Source of the DNA: Isochrysis galbana
Taxonomy: Eukaryota
Reading direction: 5' to 3'
Assembly: GCA_018136815.1 (NCBI GenBank)
Contig: CM030935.1
Location: forward strand, 6,076,935-6,108,934
DNA length: 32,000 nt
A model generated the notes under the pieces. That model was not told where the DNA came from and did not search any database. It saw only the letters and a list, made by a program, of their open reading frames with translations. Within the stretch, counting starts at the first letter, position 1; each line of letters starts with the position of its first letter. The translations under genes and the position numbers were made by a program. Positions 10,603-22,277 of this stretch are shown here, piece after piece.

Positions 10603-10710
10603 TGGGAGTGGGAGGTGGGGAGGGGGAGAGGAAGAGAGAGAGGGAGGAAGATAGAGAAAGAGAGAGAGAGTGGGAGGGAGGGGGTGAGAGAGTGAGGGGG
10701 AAAGAGGGAG
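10525..10710. repeat. (GA)n/(GGGA)n polypurine tract directly upstream of the elongase start
   Basis: Direct reading. Confidence 0.95.
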
Positions 10711-10739
10711 AGAGAGGGAGGGACGCGCCGCTCGCGACG

Positions 10740-12007
10740 ATGGCGACGGAGGCGACCGCATCTATCTGGGCCGCAGTGAGCGATCCAGAGATCCTGATCG
10801 GCACATTCTCATACTTGCTGCTCAAGCCTATTCTCCGCAGCTCGGGGCTCGTCGATGAGAAGAAGGGCGCCTACAGGACATCGATGATCTGGTCCGATGC
10901 ACACTGCCACCTGCTGCCACACGCCGACCTCTTCCCTACCTCCCTCCCTCCTTCCCTCCCCCCTCCCCCCTTCATTCCCTCCATTCCTCGCCCCCTCCCT
11001 CCCTCCCTCCCTCCCTCCCTCCTGCCTTCCCTCCCCTCCCTGCCTGCCTGCTGCCCCCCTCCGGACTCTCCACCTCCCTCTCTGCCTGCTGTGGCTGCGG
11101 CTTGGAGGGACTGCGCGTCGCTCGTCGCTCAACATGGCGTGGCCAGCATGGCGCCGAAGGGCATGTTTGCTTCGTTCCGTCTCTTTCGGCTTTGCATCCA
11201 CTCTCCTGAATACCGAAGAAAGGCTTGTTCTGTGCGGCAGTCTCTGACCACGCCACCGCTGGCTCTGCTATGCAGGTACAACGTAATTCTAGCGCTCTTC
11301 TCCGCAACGAGCTTTTACGTCACGGCGACGGCTCTTGGATGGGACTATGGCAGTGGCGAGTGGCTGCGTAGGCTAACGGGCGACACGCCGCAGCCACTGT
11401 TTCAGTGCCCGTCCAGAGTATGGGATTCTAAACTCTTCGTGTGGACCGCGAAGGCATTCTATTATTCCAAGTACGTGGAATACCTTGACACCGCATGGCT
11501 GGTGCTAAAGGGGAAGAACGTCTCGTTCCTCCAGGCATTCCATCACTTTGGCGCGCCGTGGGATGTGTATTTGGGCATCCGGCTCCAAAACGAGGGCGTG
11601 TGGATCTTCATGTTTTTCAACTCATTCATTCACACCATAATGTACACCTATTACGGCCTCACTGCTGCGGGCTATAAGATCAAGGCTAAGCCGCTCATCA
11701 CAGCGATGCAAATCAGCCAATTCATGGGCGGCTTCATCCTCGTCTGGGACTACATCAATATTCCATGCTTCCGCTCTGATATCGGCAAGGTGGGCAAGAC
11801 AATGCACTGCATCAAAAGTTGCTGGCAAGGACCAGCAGTTCGCATCCTCAAGAGCTCCACTGACCATCGCCACCCTACCTTGTGCAGGTGTTTAGCTGGG
11901 TATTCAACTATGCTTATGTCGGCTCCGTGTTCTTGTTGTTCTGCCACTTCTTCTACAAGGACAACCTTGCCTCTAAGAAGCCAGCGAAGGGAGGCAAGAC
12001 CCTGTAG
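10740..12007 (+). CDS. ASE1: C18 delta-9-specific PUFA elongase (ELO family); join(10740..10891,11276..11789,11888..12007), 261 aa
   Basis: Splicing at TG|GT (10891/10892) and AG|G (11275/11276) restores MIWYNVILALFSATSFYVTATALGWDYGSG. Splicing at AAG|GTGGGC and GCAG|GTG gives SDIGKVFSWVFNYAYVGSVFLLFCHFFYKDNLASKKPAKGGKTL*. Contains FLQAFHHFGAPWDVYLGIRLQNEGVWIFMFFNSFIHTIMYTYYGLTAAGY, the Isochrysis ASE1 signature with the variant His box (Q-x2-HH). Total CDS 786 nt, divisible by 3. Confidence 0.93.
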
Positions 12008-13190
12008 AGAGATAGGTGCAACTTCTAGCTCTGCGAAACACCTCTGAAGCATGGGTGTAGGACGAATACTTGGCCTCTGAGAAGATGCGGCATTACCTCC
12101 GACATGGGCGCACCAGGCACCGAGGAGAGTCGCGCTGCCCCTGCAACGCCGCCTAGCGGCTGACCGGGGCCGGGATGGTGTATCCGTTGTTGAAGATGGG
12201 CCTCGCTTCATGTAGCATATTGATCGATTCATATTGCCATCTGTTTTGAGCATAGCATACGCCGCATCGCCGAATCCGTTGTGCGGCTTAGCTTGCATTT
12301 CATCGGCCTGCCGCATTCTCTGCAGGCCGTCGCTACCCCGCGAGCGCGTTGACCTTGAGAATGGGTACGGCGGCCTTGAGCCATGCGCCGCCCTGTTGCT
12401 GGCGTGGCTATTTGGACGAGATTCGACACACACCACGCAGTGCCACGCGCTTTGGCTTTAAGAGGACGCGAAAGAAATCTTGTTCATTGGCTTCCATCAA
12501 CGATGGGGTTATGCGGGATGCTGGAGCCATGCGGGATGCACCGCCAAACGAATGACGCGGCTATGTGAGTTTCATAGTGCAAGGCCACGAACGTTCGCAG
12601 TGCTTGGGAGGATGCGAAGCGAACCACTTGTGCACTCCCGACGGCATGAGTACGATCTGCAATCAATCAATACGGCTATGGACCATGTCAACGGACTCAG
12701 ATATATGGATCTTGTGGTGTTGGTGGATGGATGGTCGTGGACTACGGCGGAGGTATGTTGGTTGGGGTGTCGACTTTAAGAAAGTAATGCGCATTCCGGG
12801 TTTCCAGCGTTGACAGCAGCCGGGCACGGTAGCGCGTCGTGACATGTTGCATCAATGATTCTCCTATGGGCATGACGATGGCTGGGTCGTGGCATCGTGT
12901 GCGGGGAAGCGGAGGTGCGAATGCGAGTTTTGCCTGTTTTCGCGTTTTGAGGAAACGCAGAGCGTCGGGTTGGGCGTGCGAAAGCCGCCGGGTAGATGTG
13001 GCTTGGGTCTTGAGTCACCGAAAGCCAAAAACTTCTTTAATAATAATCAATGTTATATCCTAGCCAGCCAAAAACTTCTTTATAGTCTCGCCTCGCGCGC
13101 GGCCCTGGGTTGTGGGTTGATCAATATTCGCAGCCACGCTCGCTCCCTTCCTCATATTCCCTCTCCTTCGACTCCGCCCTCCTGTTGCCT

Positions 13191-13333
13191 GTTGCCGGCA
13201 ACAGACAGTAGCTATTTTGGGCTATTTTGGGGGCTGAGTCTGTTGCGCGTATGGGCTATTTTGGGCCCAAGTTTCGCGAAAGTTTTTTTGCCAGAAAAGT
13301 GACCCAAGTTTCGAAATGAGTTTCGCGAAACTC
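13191..13333. repeat. Cluster of short palindromes and repeats
   Basis: CTGTTGCCGGCAACAG (13191-13206) and GAGTTTCGCGAAACTC (13318-13333) are perfect 16-bp palindromes; GGGCTATTTTGGG occurs twice between them. Confidence 0.8.
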
Positions 13334-13760
13334 TGACCTCGCCCTAGCGGCAAGATATGCTGCCCTAGTAGTAGTGGCCTCGATCGAGCCAATTGCGTGG
13401 ATGCGCCTCCTGCGCGTGGTGCTCAGCATGAACCGATCTGGGCCTCCCTGCCCCCCCCCCCCCCCCGGGCGACCTGCACGCGTGAAGCGGCCGCTCTTCA
13501 GCCGCAGCCGGCGGCGGGGGGGGGGGGGTTGAAAACGGCGGGGAAGGGGGGGGGGGGGGGGGGAAGGAAGAGCTCCCATTTCATAGAGTAAAACGATCTC
13601 TCCGAGGGGTGCGGCGTGGTTCCCGCGCGGGGGGAGGGGGGGGAAGGAGAGAGGATCGCGAGTGAGGAGGAGGGCCGATGCTCTCGCCCTCTTCGTAAGA
13701 GATCTGCCGTCTTTATTTAATACTAGGAGGAGATTCATTCCTGCGGTCGCGGCTGCGGAG

Positions 13761-13983
<223 letters not shown>

Positions 13984-14447
13984 CAGGATCTACTTGCGAC
14001 CCTCTCTCCTTTCGCGCGCGCCCCCCCCCCCCTTCCCCCCTTCCCCCCTTCCCCCTTCTCCCTCTTCTCCTCTAGCGGAAGCCACGGCGGAGAGAAGGAG
14101 AGTGGGGGAATCTGGCCGCGGCGTACGTCCCCCCCCCCCCCAACCCCCTCCCCCTCCCGGTCCCGCATCATCCATCGCCTGAGGTTCGCTGCCGCGCCCT
14201 CCCCCCCCGCCGCCGCCCCCCCCCCCACTGCCGGATGTGCCCCAACGCCCCATCCGAGGTGGTGCAGGGGAGGCTTGAGCAGGATGACGGACTCCACCAG
14301 GTGCAGCCGGTACACCATCCCTCACCTACCCTTGGGTAGCAGCGCGCGCGCCGCGTTGTGAATTGAACTTGTACCGACAAGAGATCGGAGGCCGAACACG
14401 TGCACACGCACGCAGCTGTTGTGGCACAGCCACAGTCAGCCTTTGAG

Positions 14448-15936
14448 ATGTCCCCAAAATGGTGGTTTCAGGCCGAGTTCGGTTTCGATGGCACGGGTCC
14501 CTTCAGCTTCTTTGCGCGTGAGTACGAGCTCATCATGGCCTCACCTCGAAATGAGGCCGTCGATTCCAAACCCCACGTTTTGGGAGACTTTCCGCCGCCA
14601 GCGCCGATCTGGTCAGGTCTACGTCCGTACATTATCATGGCACCCGTCACTATGCTGGTACCTCCCTTCTACCTACTGAGTTGTCTCAACCGTGGACCCC
14701 TTCTCATGGCATTTCTTGTGGCGACTGTGGTTGCGAGTTCAAACTACCTCCTGAAGCGCAACGATGACGTCGTGTTGGCCAAGGTGACAGCCGCGACCTC
14801 TCTCCCATCTCACCCTTGCATTAGCGTGTACCCCTCACCGGCTGCATACCATCCTATGCAGGATCGTACTTCGTCCCCGTACTCGAGTAAGGTCAACCCT
14901 ATCCAAGGACTTTTCCTAATTGTCTTCCTGCCGGTTTGGTCAGCTGCCACCTTCGCGGGCATTTTCTGCCGCAACGTCTCACCACATCCGCTTCTTTCAC
15001 TCGCGTGTTTCTGTGCCCTCTTGTTCTTCAAGAATGGCATCGGCATGAGCGTAATCCTGCACAGGTGCAACCCGCCTTCCCCTGTGTGCACATGTATGCA
15101 TGTGTGTACTGTCCTCCCATCTTGAGTTGGAGGGAGCCACTCAATACATGCGTGCAACCTCATCAGCCGCTTCATCTGCCATCAGGTACTGCGCGCACGC
15201 CGCCTTCAAGTGTCATTGGGCCACCAGCCTCTGCCTCGGTATCATCTCTTGCTTTTCCTACCAAGGCGGCCCGCTGTGGTGGGCATCTCGCCACCGCGCC
15301 CATCACAAGTTTTGCGACACCACCAGGCGCGACCCGCACTCTCCGGCTCTGAATGGCATCATCAACGCTTTCTCTTTTTTTCTCTCTGGTACTACGACTG
15401 ATTTTGTGCGCTCGATACAGGCTGTCGACGAGGAGTTCGCCCCATCTCACATCGACACGCCGTGCATGCGGATCATTGACTCCCTTTCGTTCGTGTTCCC
15501 TCTAATTGAGTTCCACCTGGCACTTACCGTGTTCGGTCCTCCCGGTTTGTGGGTGAGCTTTAGCTCGTCATGGGTTGGTCAAGTGACGACGCTATGGTTC
15601 AATGTGCGCAACCATCCCATCGGCGGCTCCAAGACCAAACCTGGGGACGCCTCTCCTGAGCATCATAAGTACCGGCGCACCTCGACGACAAATGTAAACT
15701 GTGACGCTGTCGACAAACCGACAACTGTCGACTCATCGCCCCTCTACATATTTCTCGACTACGTCTCGTCCATCATCTCCCCTGCCGTGGGCGAGGATGA
15801 CCACGATCATCACCATTCTCATCCTGCGCTCGCCGTACGGCCTGGTTTCGACGCGCCTCACTACTTCATTCTCGCCTTGGCTAGAGTTGGGCTAGTGTGG
15901 AACGTTCAACAAGAGCGCAAATTGCATGGCACGTAG
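14448..15936 (+). CDS. Membrane acyl (fatty-acid) desaturase, SCD/delta-9-like; exons about 14448-14783, 14862-15064, 15186-15936 (3' part may contain another intron)
   Basis: Joining ..CTGCACAG|gt (15064) to ag|GTACTGC (15186) yields NGIGMSVILHRYCAHAAFKCH (HRxxxH box 1). Box 2: GGPLWWASRHRAHHKFCD. Box 3-like: VGEDDHDHHHSHPALAVRPGFDAPHYFILALARVGLVWNVQ. Confidence 0.85.
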
Positions 15937-16782
15937 CCTCTGTGCTCCCAATGCTCACTCCTTCGGGCAAATGTACGAGTATGCTGTGCATGAATGTACG
16001 AAGAGCGCCATCGCCCCTCATTCTGCACCACCATGGTGCATTGTCAATTTGTTAACTAGCCAACATGTTCACTCATGCGTGCGATGGATGGCGGATTGGT
16101 ATGGGCGCCCACTTACTACTGATGTGATGGATGCTTGGGGATCAGAATGATGCACGTGGATGAAAGAGGCGTGGCTTCAGCCGAGGACTTCTGCCCAAGG
16201 TCCTTAGTGCGGTTTGTGACGTTTGACGCTGAGGAGTGCCTCGAGCGATGTGTGATGGCTCGTTGGAAAGCTCTGACGCCACGGACCACGGAGGAGAACT
16301 CAAAACCAATGAGTTTGCTATCTCACCTAGTGACAGTTGATGTGAAAAATACGCCCTTGAAAAAAATCTTTTAATATTCTCGCCTCATACTCATACCTCA
16401 TACGTGGCACTTGTAGCCACGCCCATTCCTAGGGCGGTCAAACAGGGGCTTTTTAACTACTAGTAAGGGTTGGGCTGCATTTTTTGACCGTGGCGCGATG
16501 CCCAATAAAAAACCTCCCGGGGGGGCTACCTGACGCTACGAAAATCTTCGCCAAGAAATGGTGCGATTCGCCCCCCCTCTCCCCCCCTCCGTCACGCGCA
16601 CTCACGCTCTACCCGTAAAGAATGGGCGGTCGCGCCCGCGGGGGGATCGGTTCCTCTATATCTAAGCTACATTCGGCATTTGATTCCCGCCCGATGCAGC
16701 GCCGTGTCGGGCTGCCGACAGTCCGACCACCCCCTGACCCTTTGGCATCATTGCCCGCGCAGCCCACCCAGCGGCTTAATGA

Positions 16783-17955
16783 ACGCCCAAAAACAACATT
16801 GGCGTTGAAGGCATCAAGGCATTCTCCTCCGCAGGAGCTTGGAGGAGTCTTGAGAAACTGAATGTTGCTTACAATAACTTTGGGATCCAAGGCAGTTGTG
16901 CCTTTTTTGACTCACTCACAGCCGGACTCTCACCAAATCTCACCGATCTCAGCGTGGATGGCAATTGCATGGGTCCACTGGGCACCAAGGCGCTCTCGGT
17001 GGCTATATCGAAGGGTATGATGCGCAAAATGACGGTAAGGGTGCCAATAGAACTGTATTTGCTCTGCGTCATGTACATACCCTTCCGATCTGTCTCGTGT
17101 TGTAGTATCTCCACATGATGAAATGCAGTATTGGCGACGAGGGTCCTCAATATGAGATCGTGCGGCATAACCAACGTTGGGATGAGAAATCTGACTAGTA
17201 GTCAAATACCACGTCTTACGGAACTTGATGTAAGTAATAATGATTTCGATGAGGAAGGTATGTGTTATTTCATGAACTACGCACACCTCCCCGAGTTAAA
17301 GACACTATCCATCTCGGGGAATAAGCTGGGTCGGAAAGGACTGCAAGCATTGGCATCGACAAAATTCCGTAATCTGTCCCATCTTTATGTGTCAGATATT
17401 GCTTATCCTTTGGCAGATAGTGCTGATCGTGCTCACGACATCAATACGATTTGTAATGGTACTGATCTCAAGACGATTGAATTGGATAGAATCAATGAAG
17501 AAGACTTTGGGCTCCTCCGTAAACACCTGATAAAGTTGGATAGATTGATCATCAAATTTGGTTCTACAATACACACACCCAGTCTAGTCGACTTGTCGAA
17601 TCTAAAGGAGTTGCACTTGGAATCTGCGTACGTGGATGATATTTTGGTGTTGTTGCCTAGGTTGAAGGTCACTACCCTTCGTGCGCGATGCTGTGGATTT
17701 GAGGACACACATATGGATGATCTGATCCAAAAGCTCCATGCACATACGACGCTCACGAAACTCGATCTGTCTCAAAACAGAGGCATCACAGACCAAGGAT
17801 TCCAAAAACTCGCGAATGCTGTCAATGACGGAAGGCTGTATAAGCTGGATTCTCTGGTATTGGAGTTTACCGGAATTAAACAGAAGACGATGTCTGATCA
17901 TTCGACAAAACATCCATTCATATGGGACACCTATTATGAACGTGTGTTAGGGTGA
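16783..17955 (+). CDS. Leucine-rich repeat (RI-like) protein, partial; exons about 16783-17034 and 17131-17955
   Basis: KNNIGVEGIKAFSSAGAWRSLEKLNVAYNNFGIQG...LTDLSVDGNCMGPLGTKALSVAI | gtaagg ... LNMRSCGITNVGMRNLTSSQIPRLTELDVSNNDFDEEGM...TTLTKLDLSQNRGITDQGFQKLA. 5' start not resolved. Confidence 0.8.
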
Positions 17956-17958
17956 TTG

Positions 17959-18340
17959 ATGCACCCATTTGCAGCCATGAGACTTACCAGTGCAGCGCCA
18001 CAAAACGACGCCGACGTGAATGCGACCGACGATATGGGGCACTCTTGTCTGCACATCGCATGCATGCATAATGATGCATACACCGTAAATGATCTTTTCA
18101 AAGCCGGTGCTCGCGCCGATGTCCTGACGAGGAATAAGCTCTCGCCTCTGATGATCGCAAGCGCCAACGGCTGCATTGGCGTGATGCAGCTTCTGCTGAA
18201 ACGACCGGATTGTATTCCAAAAATGGCTATACGGTCCTTCATATGGCCGTGATACAACGCCAGTTTCACCTCGTGGAGCAAGCCCTCTGGTTGAAGTTTA
18301 TCGGGGTTGGGTGATGGTTGACACTTGACCCCCCCTCGCA
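17959..18340 (+). pseudogene. Ankyrin-repeat coding sequence directly downstream of, and in frame with, the LRR ORF; interrupted by a frameshift near 18219-18223
   Basis: DADVNATDDMGHSCLHIACMHNDAYTVNDLFKAGARADVLTRNKLSPLMIASANGCIGVMQLLLKRPDC, continuing in another frame as NGYTVLHMAVIQRQFHLVEQALW. Confidence 0.65.
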
Positions 18341-18842
18341 GCGGAGGCAGGTGGACAGGGAGGGAAATAAAATGTAGTCGTATGAGACAAGAGATATGAA
18401 TAAAGAAACCCCAAATCCACAACAGCTATCTAATTCCTTGTTAGGTCACAAGGATCCCGTCGATTGTGTCCAAAGTCTTATACAGATGTCCATACTATTC
18501 GATTCCATGTACCGTTTGGTTAAACTAAATGAAAGACAAATCGACAGTAGAATAATCGAAATATTCAATACAAACAATAATAAAGTAAAAGAAATCGTTA
18601 GAAGTGTGTGTCCCGACTGTGATGTTGTCACACCTAATCATGAAACCATCAAACGAGTTAAAGCTTATTTACGAGTGTGACGGACCTCTCGAGGGGTAAG
18701 AAAACTTAGGGTCTGTGCGAAAAGGTATCACAGTAGGAAATCATGGATCTCCGGGCACGTGGAGCAATCACCGCCGTAGAACGTATCTCAAAGCGAAGGC
18801 AGACGACCTTGTCAAACGACGCAGAAATGTTGTCGATCCCAG

Positions 18843-19988
18843 TCACTCGCACCACGTAGCAGTGGTGTCGCCTTCCACGTGAGGAACCTTTCCAAGCAGT
18901 GTCCCCATGGTACCAATTGTGTTCTGAGCGAGATCCAGATGTTTGAGATTGCCCAAGGCTCCCATGGACTCACTGAATGCTTTCATCCCCTCCTCGCCAA
19001 TCTTGTTGTGAGCGAGATCCAGATGTTTGAGATTGCCCAAGGCCCCCCTCGAGATAGCCTCTGCCAATGCCTTCATCTCCTCGTCACCGATCGTGTTCCC
19101 ACCGATATCAAGATGTTCGAGATTGTGGAAGGCTCCCATGGAGAGAGCCTTGCAAAATACGCCAATCCTCGCAATGTTGTTCTTCTTGAGAACGAGATGA
19201 GTGAGCTTGTTCAAGCCTCTCCCCTTATCAAGGGCCTCGCTGAATGCCTCCATCCCCTCATTGCCAATGTTGTTGTCCTGGAGATTGAGCATATGGAGCA
19301 TGGATAGGGCCTCTGGGAAGGCTTTCATCCCCTCAGAGCCAATCATGTTGGAGTTGAGATTGAGAGTCTGGAGATTGTGCAATGCCCCCATGAATGAAGA
19401 GAGCCTTGCAGAATGCGGCTGGTGCAGGAACAAGGCGGCCGAGTCGGAGGAAGTCGGAGGAAGGAGAGTGGGGAGGAGAGGGGAGGGGGCGGGGAGAGGC
19501 CATTTGATGTAGTTCGGGTCACACATGCGATCGACCTGGCAGAGCTTCTCGATTAATTTGGCGTGATCGACACGCTCCTTCGTAGCATTCTTGTTATTGG
19601 ATTCTGATGTTGAGAGCTTCTTGTTTTTCAACTTCGAGAGTATGGAGAGATCCGTTAAGTTGGCGTCTTCTGCTTGTTTCGGCTTGTTTCTGTCTGCGGG
19701 TATGGTCCTCTTCTGGTTGTGACAGAACTGCGCGGCGATGGGGTCCGGAATGTTGTCGCAGCTGTCGTTTCCTTTGATGCAGATTTCTTCTTGTGTGTAT
19801 GATGGGGGAGGATTCTGCCCTGTTTTCCACATGTCGTTTAGTACATCCTTATTACGTTGGTCTGCTTCTGAAATGAATGTCTGTGCCTTATTATTGACGG
19901 TCTGGTATCCTTCCGCCAATTCTTGGATGAGTTGTTGCCTCCTTTTGATTGCATCCTGGATGCGTCGTTGTCTCTCGTCCATAGTCAA
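18843..19988 (-). CDS. Leucine-rich repeat (RI-like) protein, 381 aa
   Basis: Repeats LHNLQTLNLNSNMIGSEGMKAFPEAL / LHMLNLQDNNIGNEGMEAFSEAL / LEHLDIGGNTIGDEEMKALAEAI / LKHLDLAHNKIGEEGMKAFSES / LKHLDLAQNTIG. Confidence 0.85.
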   Translation of the reverse strand: MTMDERQRRIQDAIKRRQQLIQELAEGYQTVNNKAQTFISEADQRNKDVLNDMWKTGQNPPPSYTQEEICIKGNDSCDNIPDPIAAQFCHNQKRTIPADRNKPKQAEDANLTDLSILSKLKNKKLSTSESNNKNATKERVDHAKLIEKLCQVDRMCDPNYIKWPLPAPSPLLPTLLPPTSSDSAALFLHQPHSARLSSFMGALHNLQTLNLNSNMIGSEGMKAFPEALSMLHMLNLQDNNIGNEGMEAFSEALDKGRGLNKLTHLVLKKNNIARIGVFCKALSMGAFHNLEHLDIGGNTIGDEEMKALAEAISRGALGNLKHLDLAHNKIGEEGMKAFSESMGALGNLKHLDLAQNTIGTMGTLLGKVPHVEGDTTATWCE

Positions 19989-20091
19989 TTCTTGATGTGT
20001 CGGTGCTTACTGTAGTGCTTACAATTAATGAAAGGCACCTTTGTAGTTCCGACTTTCTACAGGCGTGACGTCGGAGCGGAACACTAGTGGT

Positions 20092-20311
20092 GATTGAACG
20101 CTTTTCCATATCTTATGGCGATGATTGAACGCTTCTCATCTGTGGTGGATGGTGGGGATTGAACGCTTCTCGTCTGTGGTGGAGGGTGGGGATTGAACGC
20201 TTTTTCATATGTGATGGCGATGATTGAATGCTTCTCGTCTGTGGTGGAGGGTGGGGATTGAACGCTTTTTCATATGTGATGGCGATGATTGAATGCTTCT
20301 CGCCTCAGGGG
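20092..20311. repeat. Seven-unit alternating tandem array (31-bp and 34-bp units)
   Basis: Units start at 20092, 20123, 20157, 20191, 20222, 20256, 20287; all begin GATTGAAyGCTTyT. Confidence 0.95.
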
Positions 20312-21710
20312 AAGAGGTGGGGAAAGGGAACTTAAGGGCGGTGTTAGTAGAAGCGGGAGATCCCGTCAACAGTAGGTGTGTAGCCCAGAATCTTCAGATG
20401 TTTTTTTTTTGTTAGTACCGGGCTAGTGAGAGTAGTGGTACTAATGCTCAGTTAGATTATTGACCTTGCCCTGCCACTATCAGTGCGCGGCGCCAAGGAC
20501 CAAGGATCGCGTATTGATCTCCGGATCCATTCGGAAATCTCTTCCTTTTTTACAGCAACATCACTACAGCATGGCATCTTTGACACAAACTAGATATAGA
20601 AGAGGAGTGCCGTTATGGCCATCCTCACATGGCTTACAGTATGCACACAGCAAGAGCAAGAGCCGAGAGCGCGATAGAGCGTCGTTAGTGATCGTTAGTC
20701 GTTAGTGAGTTGCACTGGTCACACGCCGGCGCAGCAGCCCGTGCGTTGAATGTATTGTCCTGCATCATCCTGCGGAAGGAGAAAGAGATGGCCACACACT
20801 TGCGTGGGATTTGGGCATCACGCCCCCGGCTCGCACGGTTTTCGAATAAATCAGGCACACTCGACACCTCGCGAGGAACTGAAGCTCGTCAGATGGCAGA
20901 ATGCCGGCGACGAGCCGAATGCGTTGATGTGCCCTTCTGACGGCTCCCGTCATGTGATCGCCGTGCTGTTCACAAATCTTAATACGTCGCCTGACATCTC
21001 ACATGTCATGCCTCGAACCTGTAAGGAGGCAGCAGTAGGTGGCGAGGGATAAGCGAGCGAGCGGCCCGTGTCATGCTCTGCGAGGGTGTCAGGGTGTCTG
21101 TGAGATGGATTTCATTCTTGTAGTCGGTTTCTCGTAGTATGATTGCCCTCGGTTCAAAGTGAAGAAAGATGTTGACAGCATATGATTGCTCAGGTCAAGC
21201 GCAGGTTGGTTGTCGTCATAGGGCAAGAGGTGAGATCCGATGTTATGGGAGGTGGGCATGTGACCCACAAGGAATGAGGCTAGCAATGCGTGAATTCCAG
21301 ATTTGGGGTGTGCGCGACTGCCTCTGAACCCGTTCTCATTCAGTGGGCTCTGAGAGCGCCATCCGACTGCTCTTCCTATCGTTTGTGGTATGGATGGTCA
21401 TCATTGGCAATCAAGGGAAAGGGTTGCACGACTAAAGATGTGCAGCATGAACGATGGGCAGCCAAGTGTGGGCCGACCGTGTGCTGTGTATCCTCAGGCT
21501 GGAGTTTGGCACCATCGCCGCGAGGGCTCAGGGCTTCTTAGAGAATTAGCAAGCTTCATCGGATGGCGGTGCTGATTGGTTGGGCAACGGCATCGATTCA
21601 AGGGCATAGGGCGGACGTGGCGTGCTGAGTGAATTGGAGCACAGCAGATAATCAAGCTGCCGAGTGAGAAAGGGTTGTGAGACCCATGACCAGGGGGTTG
21701 TACACTCACC

Positions 21711-22277
21711 TCATGGACACATGAGTGAGTCCCGGGTATCCACTCCCGTCGTCGGGTTCTCGCCTGCTGCGTCCGCCCGGGCGCAGAGCGCCTTGAGCGT
21801 CGTCCCTGGCATGACAGCCTCCGAAAAGTCGGCACCCTTGATGGAGGCCGCGTCTGCAATGGTGCGGGTCAAATATGCAGACTGGAGCACCGCGTTTTCG
21901 AGGTTGGCCCCGTCTAGTCCCGCTTCCTCGAGCGAGGCGCCAGTGAGATCTGCACCCGCAAAGTTGGCCTTAGAAAGGTCCGCCTTGAAGAAGGAGGTGG
22001 AGGCAAGCTTGGCGTTTTCGAAGTTGGCGTTGGCGCCCATGATGCCGCGGAACTCTTTGCCAGTGAGCTTCTGCCCCGAGAAGTCTCTGCCTTCGAGCTC
22101 CTGCCCCGAGAAGTCCTTCCCTCCACCCGAAACGGCGATCGCAGGTGGTGTAGCGAGCAGGCAGAGCGAGAGGCATGCGGGGGCGAGGCAGGCAGCGGCG
22201 TGGGCGAGGGGCTGCGGAAGGCGGAGGGCGTCTGCTTGGCTGGCGAGCCCGAGCAGCAGTGCGCGTGCGAGCGCCAT
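21711..22277 (-). CDS. Pentapeptide-repeat protein with candidate plastid/thylakoid-lumen transit sequence, 188 aa
   Basis: MALARALLLGLASQADALRLPQPLAHAAACLAPACLSLCLLATPPAIAVSGGGKDFSGQELEGRDFSGQKLTGKEFRG..ANFENAKLASTSFFKADLSKANFAGADLTGASLEEAGLDGANLENAVLQSAYL. Confidence 0.88.
   Translation of the reverse strand: MALARALLLGLASQADALRLPQPLAHAAACLAPACLSLCLLATPPAIAVSGGGKDFSGQELEGRDFSGQKLTGKEFRGIMGANANFENAKLASTSFFKADLSKANFAGADLTGASLEEAGLDGANLENAVLQSAYLTRTIADAASIKGADFSEAVMPGTTLKALCARADAAGENPTTGVDTRDSLMCP

Noticed and set aside
10892-11275. Single 481-aa plus ORF (10602-12047) presented as one protein
   Set aside because: The middle (FPTSLPPSLPPPP...) is translated CCCTCC intron and the first 46 codons are translated GA repeat; the spliced 261-aa elongase restores the family sequence.
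15389-15421. 32-nt mini-intron GTACTACGAC..GATACAG in the desaturase
   Set aside because: Removal would shift the frame of the downstream box 3 exon unless another boundary changes; not needed to keep the ORF open.
18396-18680. 94-aa ORF as a real gene
   Set aside because: No recognisable domain or context; may be the decayed tail of the LRR/ankyrin locus. Mentioned only as part of the composition island.
20092-20311. CRISPR-like array
   Set aside because: The non-conserved parts are two recurring tails rather than unique spacers, the head is only ~15 bp, and the genome is eukaryotic.
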